A DNA stretch of 64,000 bases from Mobula hypostoma (GCF_963921235.1 NC_086097.1:20090001-20154000), one strand, 5' to 3'; positions 50,043 through 62,310 are shown, counted from the first letter of the stretch. Translations and numbers: made by a program. The notes: generated by a model not told the origin, from the letters alone.

Positions 50043-51625
50043 CAGTGGTGCTAGAAAGTTTGTGACTTAAATTTATGCAGAAATTTTCTCTATTTCTGCA
50101 TAAATATGACGTAAAATGTGATCAGTTATTTAAGTCCTAAAACTAGATAAAGAGAACCAAATTAAATAATTAACACAAAAACATTATACTTATTTATTCA
50201 TTGAGGAAAAAAAATCTAATATTACCGTTTGTACATGTATTTGTTGGAAAAAGTAGGCGAACCTTTGGGGTGTTGCCTTCTACAAGAGCTGTTTGGAGTC
50301 GGGTGTTTTAATCAATGAGATGAGATTGGAGGTGTGGGTTGTAGAGGTGTCCTGCTCTATATAAAGAAAAAGATACAGTCAGGTTACTGATAAAGCCAGC
50401 TGTTCTCAAGAAAGATCTGTTTATGTGCACCATGCTTCATTCAAAACAACTTTCAGAGGCCATTGGAAGAAGAATTATAGAAATGCATGAAGCCGGAAAA
50501 GGCTACAAAAATATTTCTAAAGACCTGAGTGTTCATCAGTTCACAGTAAGAGAAATTGTCCACAAATGGTACAAACTCAGTACAGTTGCTACTCTCCCTA
50601 GGAGTGGGCATCCTGCAAAGATCACAGCAAAAGCACAATGTGCAATGCTGAAGGAGATGAAAAAGAACCCAAAGGTAACAGCAAAAGACCGTCAGAAATC
50701 TCTAGAACTTGTAAAAGTCTCTGTTCATGTGTCCACTATAAGAAAAACACTGAACAAGAATGGTGTTCATGGAAGGACACCACAACGGAAACCACTGCTC
50801 TCCAAAAACAAACATTGTTGCTTGTCTCGAGTTTGCAAAATACCACCTAGATATTCTACAATGCTTCTGAGACAATGTTCTGTGGACAGATTGAGACAAA
50901 AGTTGAACTTTTTGGCAGAAATGCACATTGCTATATTTGGAGGAAAAAGGATCAACACCAAAACCTCATCCCAACTGTGAAGCATGGTGGAAGGATCTCC
51001 ATGGCTTGGGGCTGCTTTGCTGCCTCAGGGTCTGGACAACTTGCAATCGTTGACAGAACAAGGGATTCAAAATTGTATCATGGCAATTTACAGGAGAATG
51101 TCAGGGTAGCAGTCTGTCACCTGAAGCTTAATAGAAGTTGGATAATGCAACAAGACAATGACCTGAAAGACCAGAGTAAATCAACAACAGAATGGTCTAA
51201 AAAGAAGAATATTTGTGTTTTGAATGGCCAAGTCAAAGTCTTGACCTTAATCCTATAGAAATGCTGTAGCAGGATCTGAAGCAGTTCGTGCAAGGAAGCC
51301 CACCGATATCCCAGAGTGGAAGCGGTTGTGCAAGTAGAAATGGCCTATAATTCCTCGTAGCCGATGTGCAGGACTGATCAACAGTTATCGGAAATGTTGG
51401 GTTGAAGTTATTGCTGTACAAGGGGATCACACCAGTTACTGAAAGCAAAGGTTTACATACTTTTTCCAACAAATGCACATAATATTGGATCATTTTTCTC
51501 AATAAATATATGAACAAGTATAATGTTTTTAAGTTATTTATTTGGGTTCTCTTTTTCTAGTTTTAGGACTTACATGAAGTTGTGATCACATTTTAGGTCA
51601 TATTGATGAAAAAATAGAATGCCTA
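50043..51625 (+). mobile_element. Tc1 transposon, defective, right TIR truncated
   Basis: TA|CAGTGGTGCTAGAAAGTTTGTG; GKGYKNISK, LPRSGHPAK, VKHGG, QQDND; right end runs directly into CR1 sequence. Confidence 0.92.
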
Positions 51626-53027
51626 CAATATAGCTTTTTCAGAGTAACTTGTGGTCGAGACCGCTAGGAAGAAGGCAATTCTGAATTGGATGTTGCAAAA
51701 TGAATCAGATTTGTTAAGGGAACTTAAAGTAAATGAACCTTAGGAAGCAGTCATTATATGATAGAATTCACACTGCAGTTCGAAAGGGAAAAGCTAAAAT
51801 TTGATGTATCAGTATTACAAAGGGAAATGCAGAAGCATGAAAGAAGAGGTGGCCGAAGTTGATTGGAAGGGAATATTACTTTCTTGGATTTTGAAAAGGC
51901 CTTTGACAAAGTCATAGTCATAGCAAAGTACAACACAGCAAAGAAAGGGGCCCTTCAGTACATCTTGCCCGTGCCGGATCATTTAAACTACAAACTTCTG
52001 CCGCATATGAGGCTGCTAAATAAGATGAAGGCCTATGGTATTACAGAAAATATGGATAGAAGGTGGAATGATTGGCAGGAGGCAAAGAGTGAAAATAAAT
52101 GGGGCCTTTTCTGGTTGGCTGTCAGTGACTAGTAGTATTGAGAACACTTCTTTTCACATTATACGTCAATGATTTGGATGACAGAATTGACAGCTTTGTA
52201 GCCAAGTTTACAGATGAAACAACGATGGGGGGAGGTAGTGTTGAGGAAACGGAGTTTGCAGAAGGACCTAGACAGATTAGGAGAATGGGCAAAGAAGTTC
52301 CAGACAGAACATAGTGTAGGGGAGTGTGTGGTCATGTACTTCAGTAGAAAGAAAAAAATGTAGACTATTTTCAAAATGGGGTGAAGTGCAAAGAAACTTA
52401 GGAGTTCTTGTGTAGGACTCCAAAAAGGTTAAGTTGCAGGTTGAGTCAAGGGTAAGGAAGGCAAATGCAATCATTTCAAGAGGACTAGAATATAAAAGCA
52501 AGGATATTATGGTGAAGATTTGTAGGGCATTTAATTAGATCACACTTGGAGTATTGTGAACAATTTTGGGCCCCTTATCCAAGAAGGGATGTACTGGCAT
52601 TGGAAAGGGTCCAGAGGAGGTTTACAATAATGATCCTGGGAGTGAAAAGTTTAATGTATGAGGAGTGTTTGATGGTTCTAGACCTGTATTTATTGGTGTT
52701 GAGAAGAATGGGTGGGGGGTGGGGGGGGGGCTCTCATTGAAACCTATCAAATATTGAAAGGCCCAGATAGAGTGGACATAGAGAGGCTGTTTACTTTTGT
52801 GGGGGAGTCTAGGAGCAGAGGGCACAGCCTCAGAACATCCCTTTAGAACAGATAAAGAGTAATTTCTTGAGCCAGAGGGTAGTGAATCTGTGGAATCCAT
52901 TGCCACAGATGACTGTGGAAGCCTAGTCACTGGGTATATTTAAAGTGGAAATTGATAGGTTCTTGTTTAGTCAGGGCATCAGAGGTTATGGAGAGAAGGC
53001 AGGAGAATGAGTTTGAGAGTGATAATA

Positions 53028-53217
53028 GACATGAAAATCTGCAGATGCTGGAAATCCAAGCAACACACACAAAATGCTAGAGGAACTCAGCAGGCCAAAC
53101 AACATCTATGGGAGGGGAAAAAAGTAAATTGTCGATATTTCAGGCCAAGATCCTTCATGAAGAGTTTCAGCTCGAAACGTCAACTGTTGCGTTCCTCCAG
53201 CATCTTGCGTGTATTGC
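53028..53217. mobile_element. Penelope-like head-to-head insert with 14-bp TSD
   Basis: TSD TGAGAGTGATAATA at 53014-53027 and 53218-53231; polarity switches at CTTCATGAAG (53153-53162). Confidence 0.8.
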
Positions 53218-53681
53218 TGAGAGTGATAATAAATCAGCCATGATTGGATGGTGGACTAGATTAAATGGCCTGATTAACCTAATTCTACTCCTTTGTCTTG
53301 TGGTCTAGCGATCTCTTCCCCTTTACCCTAAATCTTTATCCTCTGGTTTTATTTACCACTGATATAGGATAAAGTTTACTGTGGTCTCCCCTAGCTATAT
53401 CTCTAATTTTTTATAGGTCAATCTATAGAATGCCTTCACATTCGGTAGAATTTTGTCTGCCTGACATTTCTTCTGACCCCTCTTAACGTTTCTAATTTCC
53501 TTTTTAAGCACCTCCCTATACTTTTTATGCTCTTAACAGGCCTCCTCTGTCAGTTGTTCCTATACCTGATGTAGGCTTCTCTTTTCCTCTTTCATGGGGG
53601 TGGGGGGGAATATCAGAGGTAAGGTTTTTACACAGTGATCAGTGCATGGAAAGCATGCAAGGGGTAGAGGCAGATACATTA

Positions 53682-54354
53682 GATTAGTTTATGAGGACAC
53701 GCAGTCCTCTTTTATTGTCATTTAGTAATGCATGCATTAAGAAATGATACAATGTTCTTCCAGAATGATATCACAGAAACACAAGACAAACCAAGACTAA
53801 AAAAAAACTGACAAAAACCATATAATTATAACATATAGTTACAACAGTACAAAGCAATATCGTAATTTGATAAAGAACAGACCATGGGCACGGTTAAAAA
53901 AAAAAGTCTCAAAGTCTCTCGAAAGTCCCATCATCTCACGCAGACGATAGAAGGAAGAGAAACACTCTTCCTGCCATGAGCTTCCAGCGCCGCAAACTTG
54001 CCGATGCAGCATCCTGGAAGCACCTGACCACAGCCAACTCTTGAGTCCGTACAAAAACTTCGAGCCTCCGACACCGAGCACCATCTCTGCTGAGCGCTTC
54101 AACCCCAGCCCCGGCAACAGGCAATAGGCAAAGCCGAGGATTTGGGGCCGTCCCCTCTGGAGATTCTCGATCACACAGTAGCAGCGGCAGCGAAGCGGGC
54201 ATTTCAGAAGTTTCTCCAGATGTTCCTCCGTGCTTCTCACATCTGTCTCCATCAAGTCAGGATTATGCATGGCCCTACTTAAATACGATATCATTTCAGA
54301 GCGGCCGCACGCGCTGTGTCGTGCCGCTATCTTCTCCTCCCCTCCTCTCCACCC
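53682..54354 (-). mobile_element. Non-autonomous LINE-UTR-like retroposon (about 670 bp)
   Basis: 5' GGAGAAGATAGCGGC and GC-rich head; 3' AATAAA, hairpin GAGGAC-TGCGT-GTCCTC and AATCT-like tail; candidate TSD CATTA at 53677-53681 and 54355-54359, inside a CR1 fragment. Confidence 0.7.
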
Positions 54355-54915
54355 CATTACGGGCACTTAAGAGATTCTTAGATAGGAACATGATTGACTT
54401 TTTTTAAAAAAGGGAGACTATGTGGGGAGGGAAGGGTTAGATTGATCTTGGAGTCAGTTGAAGTTCATCAGAAAATTGTGGGCCAAAGGACCTGTACTGA
54501 GTTTGACTGTTTGTTCTGTGCTCTATGTTCAATGGTTCTATTTAATATCAGATAATGTACACAATATACTACCTGAATCCTTGCTCTTCGCAGACTTCCA
54601 CAAAACTGAGGAAGAAAAACCCAAAGAAAGATTGACAGAAAAACATTAGAACCCCAAAACCCACCTTCCTCCCTCCCATGCACAAGCAACAACAAAAACA
54701 TGGACCCTCTCCTCCTCAGCCCACTTGCTCCAGCATCAGACTACTTCCTCCCACCATGCAAGCATTAGCAAGCCCCCAGACACCCCGATTATGCAACCCT
54801 TAATCTTCAGGGTTCTGTGTACTTGTTACCTCTGGGATTTAACCTGCACGAACACGTTGGCCTTAAACTTTTACCATTTCTTCTTTGAATGTCTCCCTCA
54901 GTGCAAATGTAATTA

Positions 54916-56441
54916 CAGTGCCTATAAAAAGTATTCACCCCCCGCCCCTGGAAGTTTTCATGTTCTATTGTTTTACAACACCGAATCACAGTGGATTTAA
55001 TTTGGCTTTTTTGACACTGATCAACGGAAAAAGTCTCTTTTGTGTCAGGGTGAAAACAGATCTGTACAAAGTGATCTAAACTACTTGCAAATATAAAACA
55101 AAATAATTGATTATATAAGTATTCACCCCCTTCAAGTCAGTGTTTAGTAGATGGCACTTTTAGCAGCAATACAGCTCTGTCAGATTGTATGGGGATCAAG
55201 AGTGAATCCTTTTCAAGTTCAGTCACAAATTCTCAATTGGATTAAGGTCTGGACTCTGACTTGGCAACTCTAGGACATTGCTTTTTTTTAAGCCATTCCT
55301 GTGCAGATTTGGCTTTGTGTTTAGAGTCATTGTCTTGCTGGAAAACAAATCTCCCAAGTCGCAGTTCTCTTGCAGACCGCATCAGGTTTTCCTCCAGGAT
55401 TTCTCTGTATTTTGCTGCATTCATTTTACCCTCTACCTTCACAAGCCTTCCAGGGCCTGCTGCAGTGAAACATCCCCACAGCATGATGCAGCCACCACCG
55501 TGCTTCACATTAGGGATGGTGTGTTTCTGATAATGTGCAGCATTTGGCTTACGCCAAACATAGCATTTAGTCTGATAGCTAAAAAGCTCAATTTTGATGC
55601 TATCAGACCTTAGAACCTCCTTCTAGCTGACCTTAGAGTCTCCCACATGCCTGCTGACAAACTCTAACTGAGATTTCATTTGAGTTTTCTTTTAAACAGT
55701 GGTTTTCTCTTTGCCATTCTTCCATAAAGCTGGTGAAGCACCCGGGCAACAGTTGTTGTATGCACAGTCTCTCCCATCTCAGACACCGAAGCTGGTAACT
55801 CCTCCAGCGATGTCATGGGTCTCTTGGTGACCTCCCTCACGAGTCCCCTTCTTGCATGGTCATTCAGTTTCTGAAAGTGGCCTGCTCTAGGCAGATTTAC
55901 AGCTGTGCCATATTCTTTCCATTTATTGATCATTGATTTATCTATACGATATTCAGTGACTTGGAAATGTTCTTGTATCCATCTCCTGACTTGTGGTTTT
56001 CAGTAACATTTTCGTGGAGTTGCTTGGAGTGTTCTTTTGTCTTTATGGTGTAGTTTTTGACAGGATACTGACTCACCAGCAGTTGGACCTTCCAGACAGA
56101 TACAGATGTATTTTTACTGCAATCAATTGAAACACCTTGTCTGCACACAGGTCTCCATTTAACTAATAACATGACTTCTAAGACAAATTGTCTACACCAG
56201 TGATGATTTAGTATGTTTTATTAAAGCAGGGTAAATACTTATACAATCAATTATTTTGTGTTTTATATTTGTAATTAATTTGGATCACTTTGTAGAGATC
56301 TATTTTCACTTTAACATGAAAGAGTCTTTTTCTTTTGATCAGTGTTTTAAAAAAGGCAAATTAATCCCACTGTGATTCAAAGTTGTAGAACAATAAAACA
56401 TGAAAACTTCCAAGGGAGGTGAATACTTTTCATGGGCTCTG
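54916..56441 (-). mobile_element. Passport-like Tc1 transposon, defective
   Basis: TA|CAGTGCCTATAAAAAGTATTCACC...[76 protein letters not shown]. Confidence 0.92.
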
Positions 56442-57167
56442 TACTTGCAAGTAAATGCTCCCAATACCCCTTTGATAATGGAATTGGTCTTACCCAAATT
56501 TAAGACTTTTATTACTATCCTTTTCTGTAATTGCTTTAAGTTATACAGATTTATCGTTTATTTTTGTTTCAGATTTATAACTTGTACAGTATTTTAATTT
56601 TATTTTGTTCTAGAAAAAATACAAAGATAAGATCAGAAAATTACTAAAGTTTCATAAACATGGATTTCTGCAGATGCAGAAAGGGTCTCCGCCCTGAAAC
56701 ATTAACTGCTCATTCCTTTCCACAGATGCTGTCTGACTTGCTGAGTTCCACCAGCATTTTGTGTGCATGCTAGATTGCTGAAGTTTCTTTTGGAAAATGC
56801 AACTTCCAATCATGCAGAGGCCCCAGTCTTAAGTACTCCCACTTTCCTCTCCACATGTAATAATTAAGGGACTTTTAATTATTGGTTTGACAGTGAAAAA
56901 GGAAGAATTTTCTAAGAGCTAAACCAGGAAATGTGTATACAACAAGAGTGATTTATCAATTAGCTGAGTTGGTCTCTCAGCAACCTTATGAAACCTGTTA
57001 TTTGCCTACAAAATCTAGACCTACGTGTATAGGGAACTTAGTAATTTGCTTTAGTCCAAATGGCCCAGTGAGCCAAATGGCCTCTATTTCCAAAGTATGT
57101 TAGAAAAGGAAGATTTCTATCAGCGTTTTAGTATGGAAATGTGACTCTCATTGCATGCTCTTTATAG

Positions 57168-57256
57168 GTCACTTGTACAGTGCCAATGAAAACACTGTCG
57201 GAATCCTGGACTTGGGAGGTGCTTCCACACAGATCACATTCCTTCCTCAGACTGAG
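57168..57256 (+). CDS. ENTPD5: ENTPD5 coding exon 6 with ACR4 ([18 protein letters not shown])
   Basis: TTTATAG acceptor, GAG|GTAAGA donor, 89 nt; DLGGASTQ motif. Confidence 0.96.
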
Positions 57257-59939
57257 GTAAGAAAAATATCAAGGACATGAATCTCAACCAGAAACTACAC
57301 GCGTTGAATCTACCATTTAATATAGTCCTGTTTTAATTACTTCATTCTCCCATCGTCCAACCTGAGTGACAAATATATCTGGTGTGATGGTAGTTATTTT
57401 TAGTTGCTGAAATGTATACCACCGGCATTCATAGAACATTACAGCACAGTACAGACTCTTTTGTCCATGATGTTGTGCCAATCCTTAAACCTACTATAAG
57501 ATTAATATAACCCCCCCCCCCCAGGTTCTTGTGGGCAGGTGACAAAGTATTTCAACAGAAATACGAAAGAGCCATTTAGCCTATGGAGCCACTAGTCCTA
57601 GTCCATAAATCATGTTTGACTTGTGGCTTAACTCCATTTACCAGGCCTTGCCTTATCTTCCACATTGTCTGGTTAACCAAAGATCATTGTTAATCTGAGA
57701 TTGAAAGGTACCTAAGGCTTAGCCATTTATAAAAGAGAGTTATGGACTTCTACCACCCTCTAAACGTGTTTCCCAATTTTACTACTGAAAGGCCTGGCCC
57801 TAATTTTTAGACATTTCCTTTGGTCCTGGATTTTCCAATAATTGGAACTGGATTCTCTGTATAATACTGCCTGTTTATTTTCTTTTTGCTTGACCTGTTA
57901 GTCATGAGATTTTCCAGATATAACTTGTGGATATCCTTGTATAGGTCTGGTAAATCTATGCTACACATTCCAAGTTCAAAATATCCTTCCTTAAGGTATT
58001 TTGCTCATGTTATCACCTAACTACTACTTAATCTGTGTTAGATTACTTCTATTCCTTTATATTCTGGTCCTCTGTATATAATGGTGACATGCCATTAACT
58101 TTAATTATTTTCTGTACCTTTCCTAGTTAATTAAATGTCATGAGTCTGAGCTCTAAATTTACTCAGATTTACAGTAATCTCTTTATCACTTCTTTCTTCA
58201 TTAATATCCAAAGTAGACAGCATCCTGCTACAGAGCTTGCAGTTCTCCTTGTTTTACTGATCAATCTTTATCATTGCCCTCACAAATCCACATAGTAGTA
58301 AACCTGTATATTGTGTCTGTTGACTAGAGCAGCTTTACATTTCTGCATTCTGTATCCCAGTCGGCTCTCCTTGCTCAAAGTAATCCCATTCTGATCCTGC
58401 ACATATACTAGGTATGACTTTGGTCTTAAGTAGCTGAAAATTCCTTCCACTTTCACATAGCATAAGTACAAAGTGCATTTGTTATCAAAGTATATATACT
58501 ATATACAACCTTGAGATTTGTCTTCTCACCGGCAGCCACAAAACAAAGAAACTCAATAGAGCCTATTAAAGAAACCAATACAACAAAGACCATCAAACAC
58601 TCAATGTGCGAGGGGAAAAAAGAACAAATCGTGCAAATAATAAAAAAGTGGACAAATGGCACACACAACATGAACTGCAGAGTCCCTGAAAAAGAGTCCA
58701 CAGCCACACAGCCAGTTCAGCGCTGAGGCAAGTGAAATTCACAGAGTAGTGAGTTGAACGCTGGTTCATCCTTTGCCCTTGGCCTTGATATTTTCAATCT
58801 GGCATGGCTTTTAAATCAGTTCATTTTTCACTCATCGGCCCAGGCCCCACCTCTTTGATCTAGCCCCAAGTCCACTCCAGCAATGGCCGCCGCGGCCGTA
58901 CCTTCAACCCTTGAGAGTCCAGTTCGCTGAAGCCTTTGGGGTACCACAAAAATGTCAGGTTGTACAGACGGTTCAAAAGCACAAGTCTCAAAGAGAAATT
59001 ACAGGCTGTGGATTGCAGTGATCGTAATCCAGAAAAAGTGGAATTGATAGAATGTCCCCAATTTCCATTTCAGCTCAATGACGTTCCCCCCCCTGCCCCC
59101 CCAAACGATTGGAGGGATACAAGTTGGAGCCATCAATTGTAGGTGTGCTCATCCAGTCAGTCTTGGTGTCCACTAACACCCACATTCTATTTGGTCATTC
59201 AACCCATTCTGCTATCTTATCTGATTTATACCTGTAGTTTTGTACAATTAGAGACAACAAGTAAAATTTTAGGCATATACCATTGCTAAATGGGAGACTG
59301 GCCATGACATTATATGTCCTTAGAGGTGACAGATTGTGAAATAAACTTTTCATCAGCTTTACCAATGTTCAGTAATTAGGTTTCATGCCCAAGTTTCTGA
59401 ACAGGGCCTTAAACACACAGCTTCCTCAGTTTTAGATGACAGTGCTAACAACTGAATAATCTTCTGTTAACCTAGCAGAAGGCTTGATTTCATTTCCCTG
59501 TAAAAATAACTCTCCCATCAGTTCAAATCGCAATAACTTCTTTAGATGTCAAATAATTCCATCTTTACCACATTCACTCAATATCAAATCCTAATTTTTG
59601 TTTTAATTCCTTATCTTGGTCTTATCACTGTAGCATCCTGTATTTGTGACTCAAGGGTCTCAGCCCAAAACATTGACTATTTTCATTTCCATAGATGCTG
59701 CCAGATCTGCTGAGTTCCTCCAGCATTGATTTTGTGTGTGTGTGTGTGTCTCTGTCTATCTGTCTTGCACACCTTCATGGTTGCCCAAAGGGCCTGTTCT
59801 TGTGCTGTATTGTCTTTAGTAGTCTATGCTGTTGGACATCAGTTCAGTTCAGAAAAGTATGTTGACGATAAATGATCAATTTGTGAAAATAATACACATA
59901 TACTGACATGAGAGTATTAGGAAGGGAGCTTAAATAGCC

Positions 59940-60500
59940 ATAGAACAGTACAGCAGAGAAACAGGCCCTTCAGCCCATCTATTCCATGTCGAACTCTTAA
60001 TCTGCCTGGTTCCAATTGTCTGCACCCAGACCGTAGCCCCCCATATCCCTTCCATCCATGTGCCTAACTAAATTTCTCTTAAACCTGCATCCACCGCTTA
60101 CACACTCTCAGCACCCTCTGGGTGAAGAAATTCCTCCACGAGTTCCCTTAAACATGTCACCTTTCACTCTGACTCCATGACCTCTAGCTCTAGTCTCATC
60201 CAAGCTCAGTAGAAATAACTTGTTTGCGTTTAACCCATCTATACCCTTCATTAATTTGGTAAACCTCTGTCAAATCTCCCCTCATTCTCCTACACTCCAG
60301 GGAATAACGTCCTAACCGGTTCAATTTTTTCCTGTAACTCATTCTTCAAGTCCTGGCAACATCCTTGTAAATATTCTCTGCACTCTTTCAAACTTATTGA
60401 CATCTTTCCTGTAGGTAGATGACCAAAACTGAACATAGCGCTCGAGATTAGGCCTCATCAACATCTAATATGTAACGTCAACATAACATTCCATCTCCTG
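59940..60500 (-). mobile_element. CR1 3' fragment ending just upstream of ENTPD5 exon 7 acceptor
   Basis: Reverse-strand VQFWSSTYRKD..ERVQRIFTRMLPGL remnants and CR1 3' UTR. Confidence 0.8.
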
Positions 60501-60535
60501 TTTACAAGGTTTTTTTTTCTTTTTTATTCTTTCAG

Positions 60536-60615
60536 AGTACACTTCATGCTGCCCCTGAAGAATATATCAATTCATTTGAAATGTTTAACACTTCCTACAA
60601 ACTGTACAGCCACAG
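60536..60615 (+). CDS. ENTPD5: ENTPD5 coding exon 7 (STLHAAPEEYINSFEMFNTSYKLYSH-S); gene continues beyond window end
   Basis: Long T tract then CAG acceptor, AG|GTCTGA donor, 80 nt; aligns to human SFEMFNSTYKLYTHS. Confidence 0.93.
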
Positions 60616-60882
60616 GTCTGATTCCTAACAGTAGTCTTTCAATACCTTTATGCTGAAGTTTCCATTGATAATTGTTTAGTGTTAAGTGTTGTATATTTGT
60701 TGAAGAAAGTTGACAGTTGTTCAAGTTCAAGGCAAGTCCAATGTTTTTTCTCTTAATGCAGAATTGTAAGTTAAAAGTCCATGATAATGTGTTTAAATTT
60801 GTTTCAGTGTTTATTTTTAACTGTTAAAGGTGAAAGATATCATCCTGGTTACAAATTTGTGACAATATTAACTTTTAGTGTA

Positions 60883-62310
60883 CAATGGTGCTGGAAAGTT
60901 TGTCACTCCTGTAGAATTTTCTCTTTCTGCATAAGTACAATGTAAAATATGATCAGGTCTTCACGGTAGTCCTAAATCTAGATGAAAAGCACCCCAATAA
61001 ATAAATAACACAAAACACTATACTTGTCATTTATTTATTGAGAAAAATTATCCAATATTACACGTATTTGTTGAAAGAAGTATGTAAACCTTTGCTTTCA
61101 GTAACTGGTGTGACTCCCTTGTACAGCAATAACTTCAACGAAACATTTCCGATAACTGTTGATCAGTCCTGCACATCGACTACGAGGAATTTTAGGCCAT
61201 TTCTACTTGCACACTTGCTTCCACTCTGGGATATCGGTGGGCTTCCTTGCACGAACTGCTTCAGATCCTACTACAGCACTTCTATAGGATTAACGTCAAG
61301 ACTTTGACTCGGCCATTCAAAACAAAAACATTCTTCTTTTTAAACCATCCTGTTGTTGATTTACTCTTGTCTTTCAGGTCATTGCCTTGTTGCACTATCC
61401 AACTTCTATTAAGCTTCAGGTGACGTACTGCTACCCTGACATTCTCCTGTAAAATGTCTTGATACAATTTTGAATTCCTTGTTCCCTCAACTGTCCAGGC
61501 CCTGAGGCAGCAAAGCAGCCTCAAACTATAATACTCCTTCCACCATGCCTCACAGTTGGGATAAGGTTTTGGTGTTGGTCCTTTTTCCTCTAGGTATGGC
61601 AATGTGAATTTCTGCCAAGAAGTTCAACTTTTGTCTCATCTATCCACAGAACATTGTAGAATATCTAGGTGGTATTTTGCAAACTTGAGACGAGCAACGA
61701 TGTATTTTTTTGGAGAGCAGTGGTTTCCGTTGTGATGTCCTTCCATGAACACCTTTCTTGTTCAGTGTTTTTCTTATAGTGGACACATGAACAGAGACTT
61801 TTGCAAGTTCTAGGGATTTCTGTAGGTCTTTTGCTGTTACCTTTGGGTTCTTTTTCACCTCCTTCGGCATTGCACATTGTGCTTTTGCTGTGATCTTTGC
61901 AGGATGCCCACTCCTAGGGAGAATAGCAACGGTACTGAGTTTGTACCATTTGTAGACAATTTCTCACGGTGGAATGATGAACACTCAGGTCTTTAGAAAT
62001 GCTTTTGTAGCCTTTTGCAGCTTCATACATCTCTACAATTCTTCTAAGGTCCTCTAAAAGTCATATGCACGGTGCACATGAACAGATCTTTCTTGAGAAG
62101 AGCAGACTCTGTCAGTAACCTGACTTTGCATATCTTTTTTATAGGGCAGGACACCGACAATCCACACCTTCAATCTCATCTCATTGATTGGAATACCTGA
62201 CTCCAAATAGCTTTGCACCTATTTTTCTAAGAAATAGATGTAATATTAGATCACATTTATGCAGAAATAGAAAAAATTCTACAGAGTTCACAAAGTTTCT
62301 AGCACCACTG
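60883..62310 (-). mobile_element. Tc1 transposon, same family as 50043-51625, inverted
   Basis: TA|CAATGGTGCTGGAAAGTTTGT...ACAAAGTTTCTAGCACCACTG|TA; ORF remnants match the 50.4-51.3 kb copy. Confidence 0.93.

Larger units (their letters stand above)
49140..53310 (+). mobile_element. Old near full-length CR1 with ORF1 esterase-like remnant, interrupted by Tc1 and Penelope-like inserts
   Basis: AVVIGDS and FCLPGAKVRD (CR1 ORF1 SGNH/GDSL-like); ORF2 start broken by Tc1 at 50043; RT remnants LDFEKAFDKV and EYCEQFWAPY after 51630. Confidence 0.8.

Noticed and set aside
53839..54366. 175-aa ORF
   Set aside because: No domain motifs; lies within a non-coding retroposon.
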